From the NCBI GenBank assembly GCA_944393575.1, contig CALYAP010000030.1, positions 180 to 64,179 of the forward strand: a stretch of 64,000 nucleotides of DNA. Reading direction: 5' to 3'. Both the position numbers and the translations under genes were made by a program. Source of the DNA: an uncultured Clostridia bacterium (lineage in GTDB: Bacteria; Bacillota; Dehalobacteriia; UBA4068). The notes under the pieces were generated by a model. That model was given only the letters and a program-made list of their open reading frames with translations. It searched no databases and was not told where the DNA came from. Shown in pieces: positions 40,830 through 51,744 of this stretch (the stretch's first letter is position 1; every line of letters starts with the position of its first letter).

Positions 40830-41906
40830 TTATTCCTCCCTCAGCGCTTTAACTTTGGCAATGATTTCCTCAACAGTGGCGATCTTGCTTCCGGGATAAC
40901 CCAGGAAAGCAACCTCCTTTAGACCATTGACTGCTAGACGGGCGTCTTCGACCATCTGACCAGCACTGATCTCTACAGCCAAGGCTTTCTTGACTGAAGG
41001 CTGAGCCACTGCATCCAATACCGCCTGAGAAGGGAACGGCCATAAGGTGATCGGACGAACCATGCCAACCTTAATCCCCTCCTCTGCTAATTCATCAATA
41101 GCAGAACGGCAAACGCGGGAGATGGTGCCATAGGCGATCAGGATAACTTCTGCATCCTCAATATTATAATACTCATATCTAACTTCATTTTGCTCAATAA
41201 TACGATAACGTGCCTGCAAGCGCTCATGCAGAGCTTCCAGAGCTTCATCTTCGATATAAAGGGAATTGATAATTGCTCTTGGCCGTCCGCATCCTTCATG
41301 CCAGCCAGTAGCAGCCCAAGGCTTCTCAACTTTTATTTCCTCGTCGCTCTTAAATTCAGGCATAGTGACTGGCTCCATCATCTGACCGATCAAGCCATCG
41401 GCCAAGATCATCACTGGAGTGCGGTATTTATCAGCGATATCAAAAGCACCATAAACGATATCGATAGCCTCTTGGACAGAATCCGGACCAAAAACGATCA
41501 GCTTATAATCGCCATGACCGCCGCCTTTGACTGATTGGAAATAGTCACCCTGGGAAGCCTGAATACCACCAATGCCCGGGCCACCGCGCATTACATTCAC
41601 GATCACGCAAGGCAGCTCCGCACCAGCAATGGTAGAGATACCTTCCTGTTTTAAGCTGATTCCCGGGCTAGAGCTGGAAGTCATAACTCTAGCGCCGGCA
41701 CCTGCGGCGCCGTATACCATATTAGAAGCTGCGATCTCCGACTCCGCCTGGAGAAAAACACCACCGATCTCCGGCAAACGGGCGGACATATATTCAGGAA
41801 TATCATTCTGCGGGGTGATTGGGTAGCCGAAGAAATAGCGGCAACCTCCGCGCAGTGCTGCCTCAGCAATAGCTTCGCAGCCTTTCATCAATTGTTTAGT
41901 CGTCAT
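40830..41906 (-). CDS. 2-oxoacid:ferredoxin oxidoreductase, alpha subunit
   Basis: 358 aa. GCEAIAEAALRGGCRYFFGYPITPQ start. Confidence 0.9.
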   Translation of the reverse strand: MTTKQLMKGCEAIAEAALRGGCRYFFGYPITPQNDIPEYMSARLPEIGGVFLQAESEIAASNMVYGAAGAGARVMTSSSSPGISLKQEGISTIAGAELPCVIVNVMRGGPGIGGIQASQGDYFQSVKGGGHGDYKLIVFGPDSVQEAIDIVYGAFDIADKYRTPVMILADGLIGQMMEPVTMPEFKSDEEIKVEKPWAATGWHEGCGRPRAIINSLYIEDEALEALHERLQARYRIIEQNEVRYEYYNIEDAEVILIAYGTISRVCRSAIDELAEEGIKVGMVRPITLWPFPSQAVLDAVAQPSVKKALAVEISAGQMVEDARLAVNGLKEVAFLGYPGSKIATVEEIIAKVKALREE

Positions 41907-41919
41907 CTATGTAGCCCTC

Positions 41920-42126
41920 CTATTTATCGATCTCTATTGCCACATCAGGACAAGTACGGGCACAGGCAGCACAGGCGATGCAAGCATCCTGGTCTACGAT
42001 ACGTACTGGCTGATAACCTTTGGAATTAAGTTTCGTCTCTTCCAAAGTTAGCAGGTTTTTGGGACAAGCACGAACGCACAGTCCACAACCTTTACAGATC
42101 TCGGTATATATTGTTAATTTAGCCAT
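41920..42126 (-). CDS. 2-oxoacid:ferredoxin oxidoreductase, delta subunit (2x[4Fe-4S] ferredoxin)
   Basis: 68 aa with two CxxCxxCxxxCP motifs. Confidence 0.85.
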   Translation of the reverse strand: MAKLTIYTEICKGCGLCVRACPKNLLTLEETKLNSKGYQPVRIVDQDACIACAACARTCPDVAIEIDK

Positions 42127-42145
42127 TTACTCTAACCTCCATCTT

Positions 42146-42853
42146 TTAAACTCCGTATTTAACGAATCTATCCCAGTCGCGGTGCATCTTAGTATGGATG
42201 AACACCGGTTCACCAATATAATCCTGTTTTAAATCCCGCTCCTGTGCCAGCTGCAAAAAACCGCTTAGCGGCTGCTCTTCTCCACTGGTCATAACTACCG
42301 GTACTCCAGTTTGGGCAGCAACTTCCTTAACTATATAATAGGAATGGAGGAGATCCTCCGCCGTGCTTTCATAGCTCATGTTCCCATTATTAATTAAGCC
42401 GTTGATTCTGAGTCTCGCACTCTCCTCAATGGCTCTCATCATAGCTATTATCTTGTCCGGGGTTGCCGACATTGGTCGGTGCGGGTTAATAACAAGCCAT
42501 ATACGCAATCGAGGTGGTGGAACTTTATCAAAGTAGCCTTTATACTGGCCTAGCGCACGCGCTCCTAGACCATCGCCGCCGACGTCAAAAATAACGCTGC
42601 CAGATCCGGCAGTAAAGGCGGAATAAATCTCGGGGTTGATGGTAATTATCTCAACATTGCTCATCGCATAGTTAGGGATAATTAGTCGTACGCCAGCCTT
42701 GTCTAGAGCTAGCTTTCTTTCCGAGGCCCGAAAATAGGGGTTGATCACATCTAGGTCGATGAGAGTAGTCGGATTACCAGCTGCTGCAGCATCCATAGCA
42801 AAATGCATTGCCAGTTCAGTCTTGCCACTGCCAAAGTTGCCAAGGAAAATCAT
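42146..42853 (-). CDS. P-loop NTPase (MinD/CooC-like SIMIBI fold) of unknown function, first gene of the OFOR operon
   Basis: MIFLGNFGSGKTE Walker A at the N-terminus and an IDLD..NP motif. The ATG at 42853 follows AGGAAA. The ORF track extends to the GTG at 42892. A candidate promoter GTGACA, 17 nt, TATAAT lies on the minus strand upstream (about 42905-42945). Confidence 0.55.
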   Translation of the reverse strand: MIFLGNFGSGKTELAMHFAMDAAAAGNPTTLIDLDVINPYFRASERKLALDKAGVRLIIPNYAMSNVEIITINPEIYSAFTAGSGSVIFDVGGDGLGARALGQYKGYFDKVPPPRLRIWLVINPHRPMSATPDKIIAMMRAIEESARLRINGLINNGNMSYESTAEDLLHSYYIVKEVAAQTGVPVVMTSGEEQPLSGFLQLAQERDLKQDYIGEPVFIHTKMHRDWDRFVKYGV

Positions 42854-42999
42854 ATATTCTTTTTCCTGGGCTTTATCCGACACAAATCTCACTTTCCTCT
42901 CAAATTTGAATAGAATATATTATAGCACAGTTATTGAGAATTGTCACTATTTTATTTAGGAAATTTATTACTTTTTTGCAACAAAAAAGCATGATTATT

Positions 43000-43037
43000 C
43001 AGAATAAAACAAAAACATCTCCAGCATAATGGAGATG
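43000..43037 (-). terminator. Terminator-like hairpin about 420 bp downstream of tgt
   Basis: Minus strand CATCTCCA ttatgc TGGAGATG followed by TTTTTGTTTT. Confidence 0.5.
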
Positions 43038-43203
43038 CAGATATCTAAACTGAGCCAAAGGCTAACTACGGCAAAAACATACCATATCTAGAGCTAACCA
43101 ATCATATCAGCAGGATTATTGTGCTAAAAAACAATGGTGACTATGGCTAAACTATATAGTAAAATAACAATATAAAAACAAATGCTGATTAGGAGACAAA
43201 GGT

Positions 43204-43455
43204 ATGTTAGAATTCAAATTTGATACGCAACTGTTGATCGAAGGAGAACATCTAGATGAAGATGCTATCAGCGCCTATTTCCGCAAAAACTTTCAGGGAG
43301 ATTGTCTTCTAGCCGTTGGTGACGAAGAGCTGATCAAAATCCATTTTCACACCAATGAACCATGGCAGGTGCTGGAATATTGCGCTTCTTTAGGCGAGAT
43401 TTACGATATCGTGATCGAAAATATGGAACGTCAATCGCAGGGTCTTCCCGGATAG
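43204..43455 (+). CDS. Stand-alone 83-aa ORF resembling the C-terminal domain of FakA/YloV (DAK2-fusion fatty acid kinase); possible gene remnant
   Basis: GDCLLAVGDEELIKIHFHTNEPWQVLEYCASLGEIYDIVIENMERQ resembles the conserved ...vKvHvHT..P..vl......G.l..i.i.NM..Q end of YloV-type proteins. AGGAGA RBS. Confidence 0.45.
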   Translation: MLEFKFDTQLLIEGEHLDEDAISAYFRKNFQGDCLLAVGDEELIKIHFHTNEPWQVLEYCASLGEIYDIVIENMERQSQGLPG

Positions 43456-43459
43456 GGGC

Positions 43460-44737
<1,278 letters not shown>

Positions 44738-44866
44738 TTATCCAACACTTTTTATCGTTAAAGTCACCTTGCTTTTATCAACTTCATTTTCAACAAAAAT
44801 TTTATCATTAGGAATACCAGCAAAATGCTTTTATCCGGCAAGCTTTTTCTTATTTCCTGGGCAATA

Positions 44867-44900
44867 AAAAGACCCTCTGCCATGTGACAGAGGGTCTTTT
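44867..44900. terminator. Terminator after the flavodoxin gene
   Basis: AAAAGACCCTCTG ... CAGAGGGTCTTTT. Confidence 0.75.
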
Positions 44901-44924
44901 ATATTATTCATTAGATATGTAGCG

Positions 44925-45347
44925 CTAAGCTAAAGCTTTACCTAAAGCGATGCAAGCGGCATTTGCTTCATCATCCGGAGTTTCATTGCAGATAACACAA
45001 TCACAGGCTAGAACCGCGCCATCTTTGCGGCAGGTCTCTTCCCAGTCGCGCATCCACTCTCCATCACCCCAGCCATAAGAGCCAAAAAGGGCGATTTTCT
45101 TGTTCTCCAGCTTAGGCTCGCAGCTCACGAACATCGGCTCAAACTCGTCTTCTTCCAAAACCTCAGCCCCCATGGAAGGGCAGCCAAAACCTACTGCATC
45201 AAACTGATCCATCATATCGGCAGCAAATTCAGCAGCGGTAAACAGCGCCACCTCAGCGCCAGCGGCCTCAGCGCCTTCCACTACTTTGTGAGCCATGGCC
45301 TCGGTATTGCCAGTACCGCTCCAATAAACTACAGCTATTTTACCCAT
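44925..45347 (-). CDS. Short-chain flavodoxin
   Basis: MGKIAVVYWSGTGNTEAMA FMN-phosphate loop. 140 aa. Confidence 0.85.
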   Translation of the reverse strand: MGKIAVVYWSGTGNTEAMAHKVVEGAEAAGAEVALFTAAEFAADMMDQFDAVGFGCPSMGAEVLEEDEFEPMFVSCEPKLENKKIALFGSYGWGDGEWMRDWEETCRKDGAVLACDCVICNETPDDEANAACIALGKALA

Positions 45348-45377
45348 AAATTAAACCTCTTTCTTGATCTATTTATG

Positions 45378-45929
45378 TTAAGCAGCTACCGTGAGCTGCA
45401 AAACAGTTCTTCCTTCACTCCATAAACGACTATAAACATCCTTGCATTTTTTGAATTTAGCAAAAAGCTTGCTAGCAGCGCGCGCATCGCCATATACTTT
45501 CCAGCAGCCAGCCAGCTTGCAATTTCTGCCTTCATTTTCGATAAAACCAACTACATCACCCAGCGGATAATCGAGAAACAGGCCGATTTCATGAGGAAAC
45601 TTATCCCCTACACCAAAACGCTCTTTCAGCCGCAGCAGTGCGTATTCGACATCAGTAGATGCATAGCCATACTGAGCTAAAAATGCCGCAACACCTGGCT
45701 TGCATAAATCATTTTGCAACCGTCCCCTACGGTAAACGTAGATCAACGCTGTTTGCTGATAGCGGTGGAGTAGGAGCAGAGAGATACCTTTTTTGCCAAG
45801 CTGGCAATTCCATTTATTGAACTGTTTATCAAAGTTTTTTTCCGAGGAAAAATTCAGACTAAAAAGATTGGCCGTTTTGAGTGAAGCCAGCGTTGGCGCG
45901 CAATGTTCGATCAGATATCTCTCTAGCAA
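45378..45929 (-). CDS. DUF3793 family protein
   Basis: LIEHCAPTLASLKTANLF start and PHEIGLFLDYPLGDV motif. Confidence 0.75.
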   Translation of the reverse strand: MLERYLIEHCAPTLASLKTANLFSLNFSSEKNFDKQFNKWNCQLGKKGISLLLLHRYQQTALIYVYRRGRLQNDLCKPGVAAFLAQYGYASTDVEYALLRLKERFGVGDKFPHEIGLFLDYPLGDVVGFIENEGRNCKLAGCWKVYGDARAASKLFAKFKKCKDVYSRLWSEGRTVLQLTVAA

Positions 45930-46122
45930 GCTCGTATACTCCCTTCGTGAAGAATCCCTCTATTGGCTGCAGCATAAATAGTTTAGTATTCAGGCACTAC
46001 CATTGACTATTATGCGCTTTAGGGGTTTGTATTATTAGCAGCAAGATGCTTTTAGGTTGGGAAAGAGTTGCTTTAGCTGCTAACAATAACTCGATATTAT
46101 TACTCAGTGTTCCAATCGCCCG

Positions 46123-46187
46123 GTTAGCTTAAACTAACTTAACGTCAAAAAAATAATGCACGGTCGCTTTAGTTAGTTTAAACTAAC
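46123..46187. repeat. Two copies of a 16-bp palindrome, centres 49 bp apart
   Basis: GTTAGCTTAAACTAAC (46123-46138, one mismatch) and GTTAGTTTAAACTAAC (46172-46187, perfect). Both are extended by flanking CG/CCG. Confidence 0.7.
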
Positions 46188-46335
46188 CGTAAACATCATA
46201 GCATGCTATTCCTACTCTGTCAAGTAAAAATTAGAAAAATTTTTTCTTGATTAATGCATTAAAAAATTGGATAATAATAATCAGTGATATTTTACCAAAA
46301 GACTTGTTTTTTGCTTATTAATATGTTAAGTTAAC

Positions 46336-46354
46336 AATAATGATTCTCAATAGT
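46336..46354. promoter_or_regulatory. Fur/PerR-like box upstream of ferritin
   Basis: AATAATGATTCTCAATAGT matches about 14/19 positions of GATAATGATTATCATTATC. It lies ~45 nt upstream of the ferritin start codon. Confidence 0.4.
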
Positions 46355-46398
46355 AGTTTTCTACGAGATAATAATTTTTAGAAAAGGAGTTGTTTACC

Positions 46399-46911
46399 AT
46401 GTTGGACAAAAAAGTAGCTGATTTAATCAATACCCAGGTTAATAAAGAATTCTATTCTGCTTATCTGTATCTTGATTTTGCCAACTTCTATGTAGAACAG
46501 GGCCTCAACGGTTTTGCTAATTGGTATCAGGTACAAGCCCAAGAAGAGCGCGATCATGCTATGCTTTTCGTTAAATACCTGCAGAACAATGATGCAAAGG
46601 TCACTTATGAGGCTATCGATAAACCCAATATTGAATTGAAAAACAATATGGATCCACTTCAAGCAGGTCTCAAACATGAACAATATGTAACCAGCCTGAT
46701 CAACAACATCTATGATGCTGCTTATGCGGTTAAAGATTTCCGCAGCATGCAATTTTTAGATTGGTTCGTTAAAGAACAGGGCGAAGAGGAAACCAATGCC
46801 ACCGATATGATCAAAAAGATGGAAATTTTCGGTTCTGATCCTAAAGGACTCTACCTGCTCGATCAAGAATTGGCTGGCCGCACTTATAGCGCTCCTTCCC
46901 TGGTTCTGTAA
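46399..46911 (+). CDS. ftnA: Non-heme ferritin
   Basis: INTQVNKEFYSAYLYLDFANF...QAQEERDHA ferroxidase-centre motifs. AAAGGAG RBS before the ATG at 46399. Confidence 0.9.
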   Translation: MLDKKVADLINTQVNKEFYSAYLYLDFANFYVEQGLNGFANWYQVQAQEERDHAMLFVKYLQNNDAKVTYEAIDKPNIELKNNMDPLQAGLKHEQYVTSLINNIYDAAYAVKDFRSMQFLDWFVKEQGEEETNATDMIKKMEIFGSDPKGLYLLDQELAGRTYSAPSLVL

Positions 46912-46930
46912 ATTCACAACCCAAACAACT

Positions 46931-46966
46931 AAAAGACTGCCTTCCTCCTGGAAGGCAGTCTTTTTA
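46931..46966 (+). terminator. Terminator after ferritin
   Basis: GACTGCCTTCC tcct GGAAGGCAGTC followed by TTTTT. Confidence 0.8.
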
Positions 46967-47069
46967 TTCTCAGCATAACTCGCTTCTATTTACCGTCAGC
47001 GCAAACAACAAGAGAGCAAAAGAACCGCTGCTTGATAACGACAATAATCGGTAAATAGGACCTGAATCA

Positions 47070-48092
47070 CTAAACAATCAGCATCGCATCGCCAAAGCTA
47101 TAAAAACGGTATCTCTCTTTGATAGCAGTCTGATATGCGTTGAGAACATTCTCCCGACCACCCATAGCAGAAACTAACATAATCAAAGTACTCTTAGGCA
47201 AATGGAAATTGGTGATCATCCCATCGACCAGTTTAAAATGATAACCGGGGTAAATATATTTTTGTGTCCAGCCTTCTTCGGCTTTCATATTACCGTCTTC
47301 ATCCGCTACTGTTTCCAAAGTCCGTACGGCTGTAGTACCGACAGCGATAATCCTTCCTCCGGCAGCACGGGCAGCATTGATCGCCTCAGCGGCCTCGGCG
47401 GAAACACGGTAAAATTCACTATGCATGGTATGGCCTTCGACTGTATCAGACTTAACCGGACGGAAAGTACCCAAACCAACATGCAGCATGATCTTGGTAA
47501 AGAGAACACCCTGCTCGCTCAAAGCAGCCATCAGCTCCGGCGTAAAATGCAATCCGGCAGTCGGTGCAGCGGCTGATCCCCGCTCGCGGGCATAAACAGG
47601 CTGATAGCGGTCCTGATCCTGAAGCGGTTTTTTGATATAGGGCGGGAGGGGCATGGTACCGAGCCGATCCAACACAGCATAGAAATCGCCATCAGGGAAA
47701 AAACGGATCAACCGTGTGCCTTCATCACTGAAATCTTCTACTTCCGCGGTCAGTTCCGGTAAAGCAAAATGCAATTTCACCCCCGGCAAAGCTTTTCGTC
47801 CTGGCCGTACCAGGCATTGCCACAAATTCAGCTCTACCTGCTTGAGTAATAACAGCTCAATGGTAGCGCCGCTTTCTTTGGTAGCGAACAACCGGGCGGG
47901 CAGCACTTTGGTATCATTGATCACCAACATATCTCCAGGATGCAGCTCCTGTCCCAGTTGATTGAAGACGCTATGGCGCAGAGCGCCAGTGGTTTTATCC
48001 ATAATGAGGAGCCGCGAGGCATCTCGCGGCTCGATTGGGTCTTGGGCGATCAATTCTTCAGGTAATTGATAATCAAAGTCTTCTACTCTCAT
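47070..48092 (-). CDS. queA: S-adenosylmethionine:tRNA ribosyltransferase-isomerase
   Basis: MRVEDFDYQLPEELIAQDPIEPRDASRLL start and SFGDAMLI end. Confidence 0.95.
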   Translation of the reverse strand: MRVEDFDYQLPEELIAQDPIEPRDASRLLIMDKTTGALRHSVFNQLGQELHPGDMLVINDTKVLPARLFATKESGATIELLLLKQVELNLWQCLVRPGRKALPGVKLHFALPELTAEVEDFSDEGTRLIRFFPDGDFYAVLDRLGTMPLPPYIKKPLQDQDRYQPVYARERGSAAAPTAGLHFTPELMAALSEQGVLFTKIMLHVGLGTFRPVKSDTVEGHTMHSEFYRVSAEAAEAINAARAAGGRIIAVGTTAVRTLETVADEDGNMKAEEGWTQKYIYPGYHFKLVDGMITNFHLPKSTLIMLVSAMGGRENVLNAYQTAIKERYRFYSFGDAMLIV

Positions 48093-48130
48093 AACAGATC
48101 CTTGGCCTCATTATCTCTCATAATATTTGA

Positions 48131-49543
48131 CTAATAAGCTTTAACCAGCTCTATTCCATTATCACTACAAAAATAGTGTTCAATGATCTCATCCCAGGTA
48201 TAGCCGTCATCGCCCATAGCAATGGCGCCAAATTGGCTTAAGCCCACGCCATGACCATACCCGCGGCCACTGATTACTATAGTATCGCCTGTTCCGCCAG
48301 TCTTGTCAAGCTCACTGGTAATGCCATTGCCGCCGATCACATATAGCGAGGAATTGCTACCATTGACTTTCATAGTCCCACCGGAACTGCCAACAGCATA
48401 GACATCATTGAGATCAGAAAAATTGATGGCCTGTCCATCAGCACCCTTGATATATGCAGCTGATGAGCCAGAGCTGTTATCAGCAATAGTGATCAAAGTA
48501 CTCTTCAAATTCAACAGACTACGAATACTATCCTTGGTAGCTGTCACACTACCCCTGGTGCCGCTGATCGTCACCGTCATCGCCCGGCCGGAGACACTGG
48601 TCACGCCGTTAAGCGTAGTAGAATAGCTGATCCCCGTATAAGTTCCGATATCAGTATCACCATAAGAGTTAGCCAAAGACACTAACTCCTCCGGAGTATA
48701 TTCAACTGTCCACGAATAAGTAGAAGCCCCATAGCTGCTATAATTGCCAGCCAAAGCATCATGAGGAGAAGGAACCCCTTTGATCGGCACCTCATCGCTG
48801 ACCCAGACATTCTCAATATTCTCAGTATGGCCACCCATATTAGAACTATAATAAGTCTGCACAGCCTCGCCCTGATACTCCAAAATCATCCCGCAGGTTT
48901 CGTCCACAGCATCAATGATTTTTTGCGTCTCAGCACTCTTACCGCCATAGACCTGGGAAGAAGTGGTGTTTGTCATATCATAATAAGTATTGCTGGAGCT
49001 ATAGCTGGATAAAGCATAAGAACGTGCAGCTACTGCCTGGGCCATGGTTGCCTCATCATTATAACCATAACCAAGCTCCCTACCAACTACTCCATAGAGA
49101 TAAAGCTCGATATTGATCTGGTTGATCGCATAATAGTAACTGCCACTATGCATAGCCTTAAAGCAACCGCGGTAAGAGGTGCCATTATAAATAAAATAAT
49201 CATCAGAGCTATACGGTACAGCCATAAAGGGGGAGGAAGAGGTATATACTTCACCATTCACCTCGCATCTATAGCTGCGTGAACTATCAGCATAAAAAGT
49301 CACACTACCGGAGCTGATCTCGGCATAAACATCATCGGGATCATTCGCATCAACTATCTCATAATCACCATCACCAATAGTGATAGTATAAGAGCGAGCA
49401 GAGCTAGAACCGTTAAGCAGTACCCGCACTTCTACACCGTCTAAACGGTCATAGCGCTCAGTTTTTGCTTCAGCCGGACTAGCACAGATCATCAAAGTGA
49501 ACACCGTAAGGATAGCGAGCCAAAATTTACTTGCCTTTTTCAT
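48131..49543 (-). CDS. SpoIID/LytB domain-containing secreted protein
   Basis: Signal peptide. VAARSYAL, YSSNMGGHTEN and GRGYGHGVGLSQFGA motifs. Confidence 0.7.
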   Translation of the reverse strand: MKKASKFWLAILTVFTLMICASPAEAKTERYDRLDGVEVRVLLNGSSSARSYTITIGDGDYEIVDANDPDDVYAEISSGSVTFYADSSRSYRCEVNGEVYTSSSPFMAVPYSSDDYFIYNGTSYRGCFKAMHSGSYYYAINQINIELYLYGVVGRELGYGYNDEATMAQAVAARSYALSSYSSSNTYYDMTNTTSSQVYGGKSAETQKIIDAVDETCGMILEYQGEAVQTYYSSNMGGHTENIENVWVSDEVPIKGVPSPHDALAGNYSSYGASTYSWTVEYTPEELVSLANSYGDTDIGTYTGISYSTTLNGVTSVSGRAMTVTISGTRGSVTATKDSIRSLLNLKSTLITIADNSSGSSAAYIKGADGQAINFSDLNDVYAVGSSGGTMKVNGSNSSLYVIGGNGITSELDKTGGTGDTIVISGRGYGHGVGLSQFGAIAMGDDGYTWDEIIEHYFCSDNGIELVKAY

Positions 49544-50103
49544 GAGTCAGCTCCTTTACTAATAGCCTTTTTCTTCTTTTGATAACGTTCCTTTTCACTA
49601 TAAATACAACCGCAATACTTCTGCATATAGAGGCCCATCGCCCTAGCCTCTTCCTGCCCTTGGCGAAAACCGCCCCGCAAATCAAGATAAACGAACTCTA
49701 AGCCCTTAGCAGCTGCTATTTTTTCTCCTGTTTCGCGGATCAGCTGATGGTTTTGATAAGGACTGATCAACAGCGTAGTAGAAAAATGTTCAAACCCATT
49801 GTTGAGAGCAAACTCAGCCGCTGCCAAGAGCCGGCTTTGATAACAATAAGCACAACGTTGTTCCGGGGCAGGAGCTACCTGTCTCAGCCATTCTTCCAAA
49901 GGATAATCTTTAACTGCCAAATAAGGCAATCCCCGGCGCTCCATCAGCTCAATAAAAGATAGTCGCCTGGCTTTGTGCTCCTGATAAGGATGGATATTGG
50001 GATTATAAAAATAACCAAACGGCTGATAACCGTGCTCCTCAAACTGCGGTAGAGACCCTACCGCGCAGGGACCACAGCAACAATGCAGTAATAGCTTCAT
50101 CAA
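49540..50103 (-). CDS. queH: Epoxyqueuosine reductase QueH (DUF208)
   Basis: [11 protein letters not shown] start and CxxC/YCGC cysteine contexts. Overlaps the ruvB stop. Confidence 0.85.
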   Translation of the reverse strand: MMKLLLHCCCGPCAVGSLPQFEEHGYQPFGYFYNPNIHPYQEHKARRLSFIELMERRGLPYLAVKDYPLEEWLRQVAPAPEQRCAYCYQSRLLAAAEFALNNGFEHFSTTLLISPYQNHQLIRETGEKIAAAKGLEFVYLDLRGGFRQGQEEARAMGLYMQKYCGCIYSEKERYQKKKKAISKGADS

Positions 50104-51125
50104 AAAAGACTCCCCTCATCATCAGCAACGCCAGGGTGGGCTAAGCCAAAATAATCCCAAGCTAATTGAGTAGCAACGCGCCCGCGGGGCGTCCGCTGCA
50201 GGAAACCGATCTTCATCAAATAAGGTTCGCATACCTCTTCGATAGTATTGATACTCTCAGAGATAGTAGCGGCAATAGTATCTGGTCCCACTGGTCCGCC
50301 GCCGTATTTCTCCATGATAGCCAGCATCACCTTGCGGTCCACTTGATCAAGGCCGCGTTCATCGATACCTAAACGGTTCAGACCATCAGCAGCAATCTCC
50401 TTGGTGATGACGCCGTTGCCTTTGACTTCAGCAAAATCGCGCAGGCGGCGCAGCAAACGGTTAGCAATACGCGGGGTGCCCCTGCTGCGGCGGCTGATTT
50501 CCAACGCACCTTCTTCATCAAGCGGCACATCAAAAATTTTGGCAGAACGACGGATGATGTGCAGAAGATCCTTTTCATCATAATATTCCAGACGACAAAT
50601 AACACCGAAACGATCACGTAGCGGAGCTGCCAACATTCCAGCGCGGGTAGTCGCGCCGATCAAGGTAAATGGCGGCAGAGCGAAACGAATACTCTTGGCA
50701 CCAGGGCCCTTACCCGTCATAATATCGATGCAATAGTCCTCCATAGCTGGATAAAGCACTTCTTCTACCGCACGGTTGATCCGATGGATCTCGTCGATAA
50801 AAAGAATATCTCGCTCCTCCAAGGAAGAAATGATCGCCGCCAGATCGCCGGCACGGGTGATAGCCGGACCAGAAGTGATGCGCAGATTGACCCCCAGTTC
50901 ATTAGCTATCACAGAGGCCAAAGTGGTCTTACCCAGTCCAGGAGGGCCGTACAGCAAAACATGGTCCAGTGCTTCTCCCCGTCCAAGAGCAGCTTTGACA
51001 AATACTTCCAGGTTTTCTTTGACCTGGTCCTGTCCTGTATATTCATGAAAGTAACGGGGGCGGATAACGGTTTCTTCCCCGTCCTCCCAGAGATGTTCCG
51101 GTACGATCAAGCGTTCTTCGTCCAT
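50100..51125 (-). CDS. ruvB: Holliday junction branch migration helicase RuvB
   Basis: [22 protein letters not shown] and GATTRAG motifs. Confidence 0.97.
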   Translation of the reverse strand: MDEERLIVPEHLWEDGEETVIRPRYFHEYTGQDQVKENLEVFVKAALGRGEALDHVLLYGPPGLGKTTLASVIANELGVNLRITSGPAITRAGDLAAIISSLEERDILFIDEIHRINRAVEEVLYPAMEDYCIDIMTGKGPGAKSIRFALPPFTLIGATTRAGMLAAPLRDRFGVICRLEYYDEKDLLHIIRRSAKIFDVPLDEEGALEISRRSRGTPRIANRLLRRLRDFAEVKGNGVITKEIAADGLNRLGIDERGLDQVDRKVMLAIMEKYGGGPVGPDTIAATISESINTIEEVCEPYLMKIGFLQRTPRGRVATQLAWDYFGLAHPGVADDEGSLF

Positions 51126-51141
51126 GATTATCCTCGCTTTA

Positions 51142-51744
51142 TTATGACTGCATGATGATCTTCATCGCTTCACGCAAAAGCTCTTCCGCTGTAGCGTCAG
51201 GAGCCAAGGCAGCCTGCGCCTTCATGGCAAAAGCGCGCGATTCAGTAGCGCTATAGCCTAACTGCTTCAGGGCAGCCAGCAAATCTGTATTCAACACCAC
51301 CTCAGCAGCAGTCTGTTCAGCCACCGCCTCTTCTCCGGCCAAGATGGAGAATTTATCCTTCAGCTCTAAAATAATCCGCTCAGCAGTTTTTTTGCCTACA
51401 CCGCTAACAGTGGTAAAAGGCTTGCTATCTTTAGCGGCAATGGCGGCTACCACCCGCTGTACGGAAAGCTGGTCGACGATAGCTAAAGCTGTTTTAGCCC
51501 CAACACCAGAGACAGAAAGCAGCAGGCGAAATGCTGTCAGCTGGTCTTTATCAGTGAATCCATAAAGCTGCCAATTATCCTCACGAATCTGTAAATGGGT
51601 GTATAAGAGGATTTCCTCGCCGATGGCAGGCGCCGGTTGGAGCCTGGCAAAAGGGGCGAAAACCTCTAAGCCTATACCACCTAAATCAATAACTAATGCA
51701 TCTCCGGTAAGATCAGCTACCTTGCCGCGCACAAAAGAGATCAT
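51142..51744 (-). CDS. ruvA: Holliday junction DNA helicase RuvA
   Basis: MISFVRGKV start and two HhH motifs ([21 protein letters not shown]). Confidence 0.9.
   Translation of the reverse strand: MISFVRGKVADLTGDALVIDLGGIGLEVFAPFARLQPAPAIGEEILLYTHLQIREDNWQLYGFTDKDQLTAFRLLLSVSGVGAKTALAIVDQLSVQRVVAAIAAKDSKPFTTVSGVGKKTAERIILELKDKFSILAGEEAVAEQTAAEVVLNTDLLAALKQLGYSATESRAFAMKAQAALAPDATAEELLREAMKIIMQS

Noticed and set aside
42855-42892. A GTG start at 42892 for the P-loop NTPase, as in the ORF track.
   Set aside because: The only purine-rich RBS-like stretch abuts the GTG with no spacer. The ATG at 42853 has AGGAAA at a sensible distance and places the Walker A loop at the N-terminus, as is usual.
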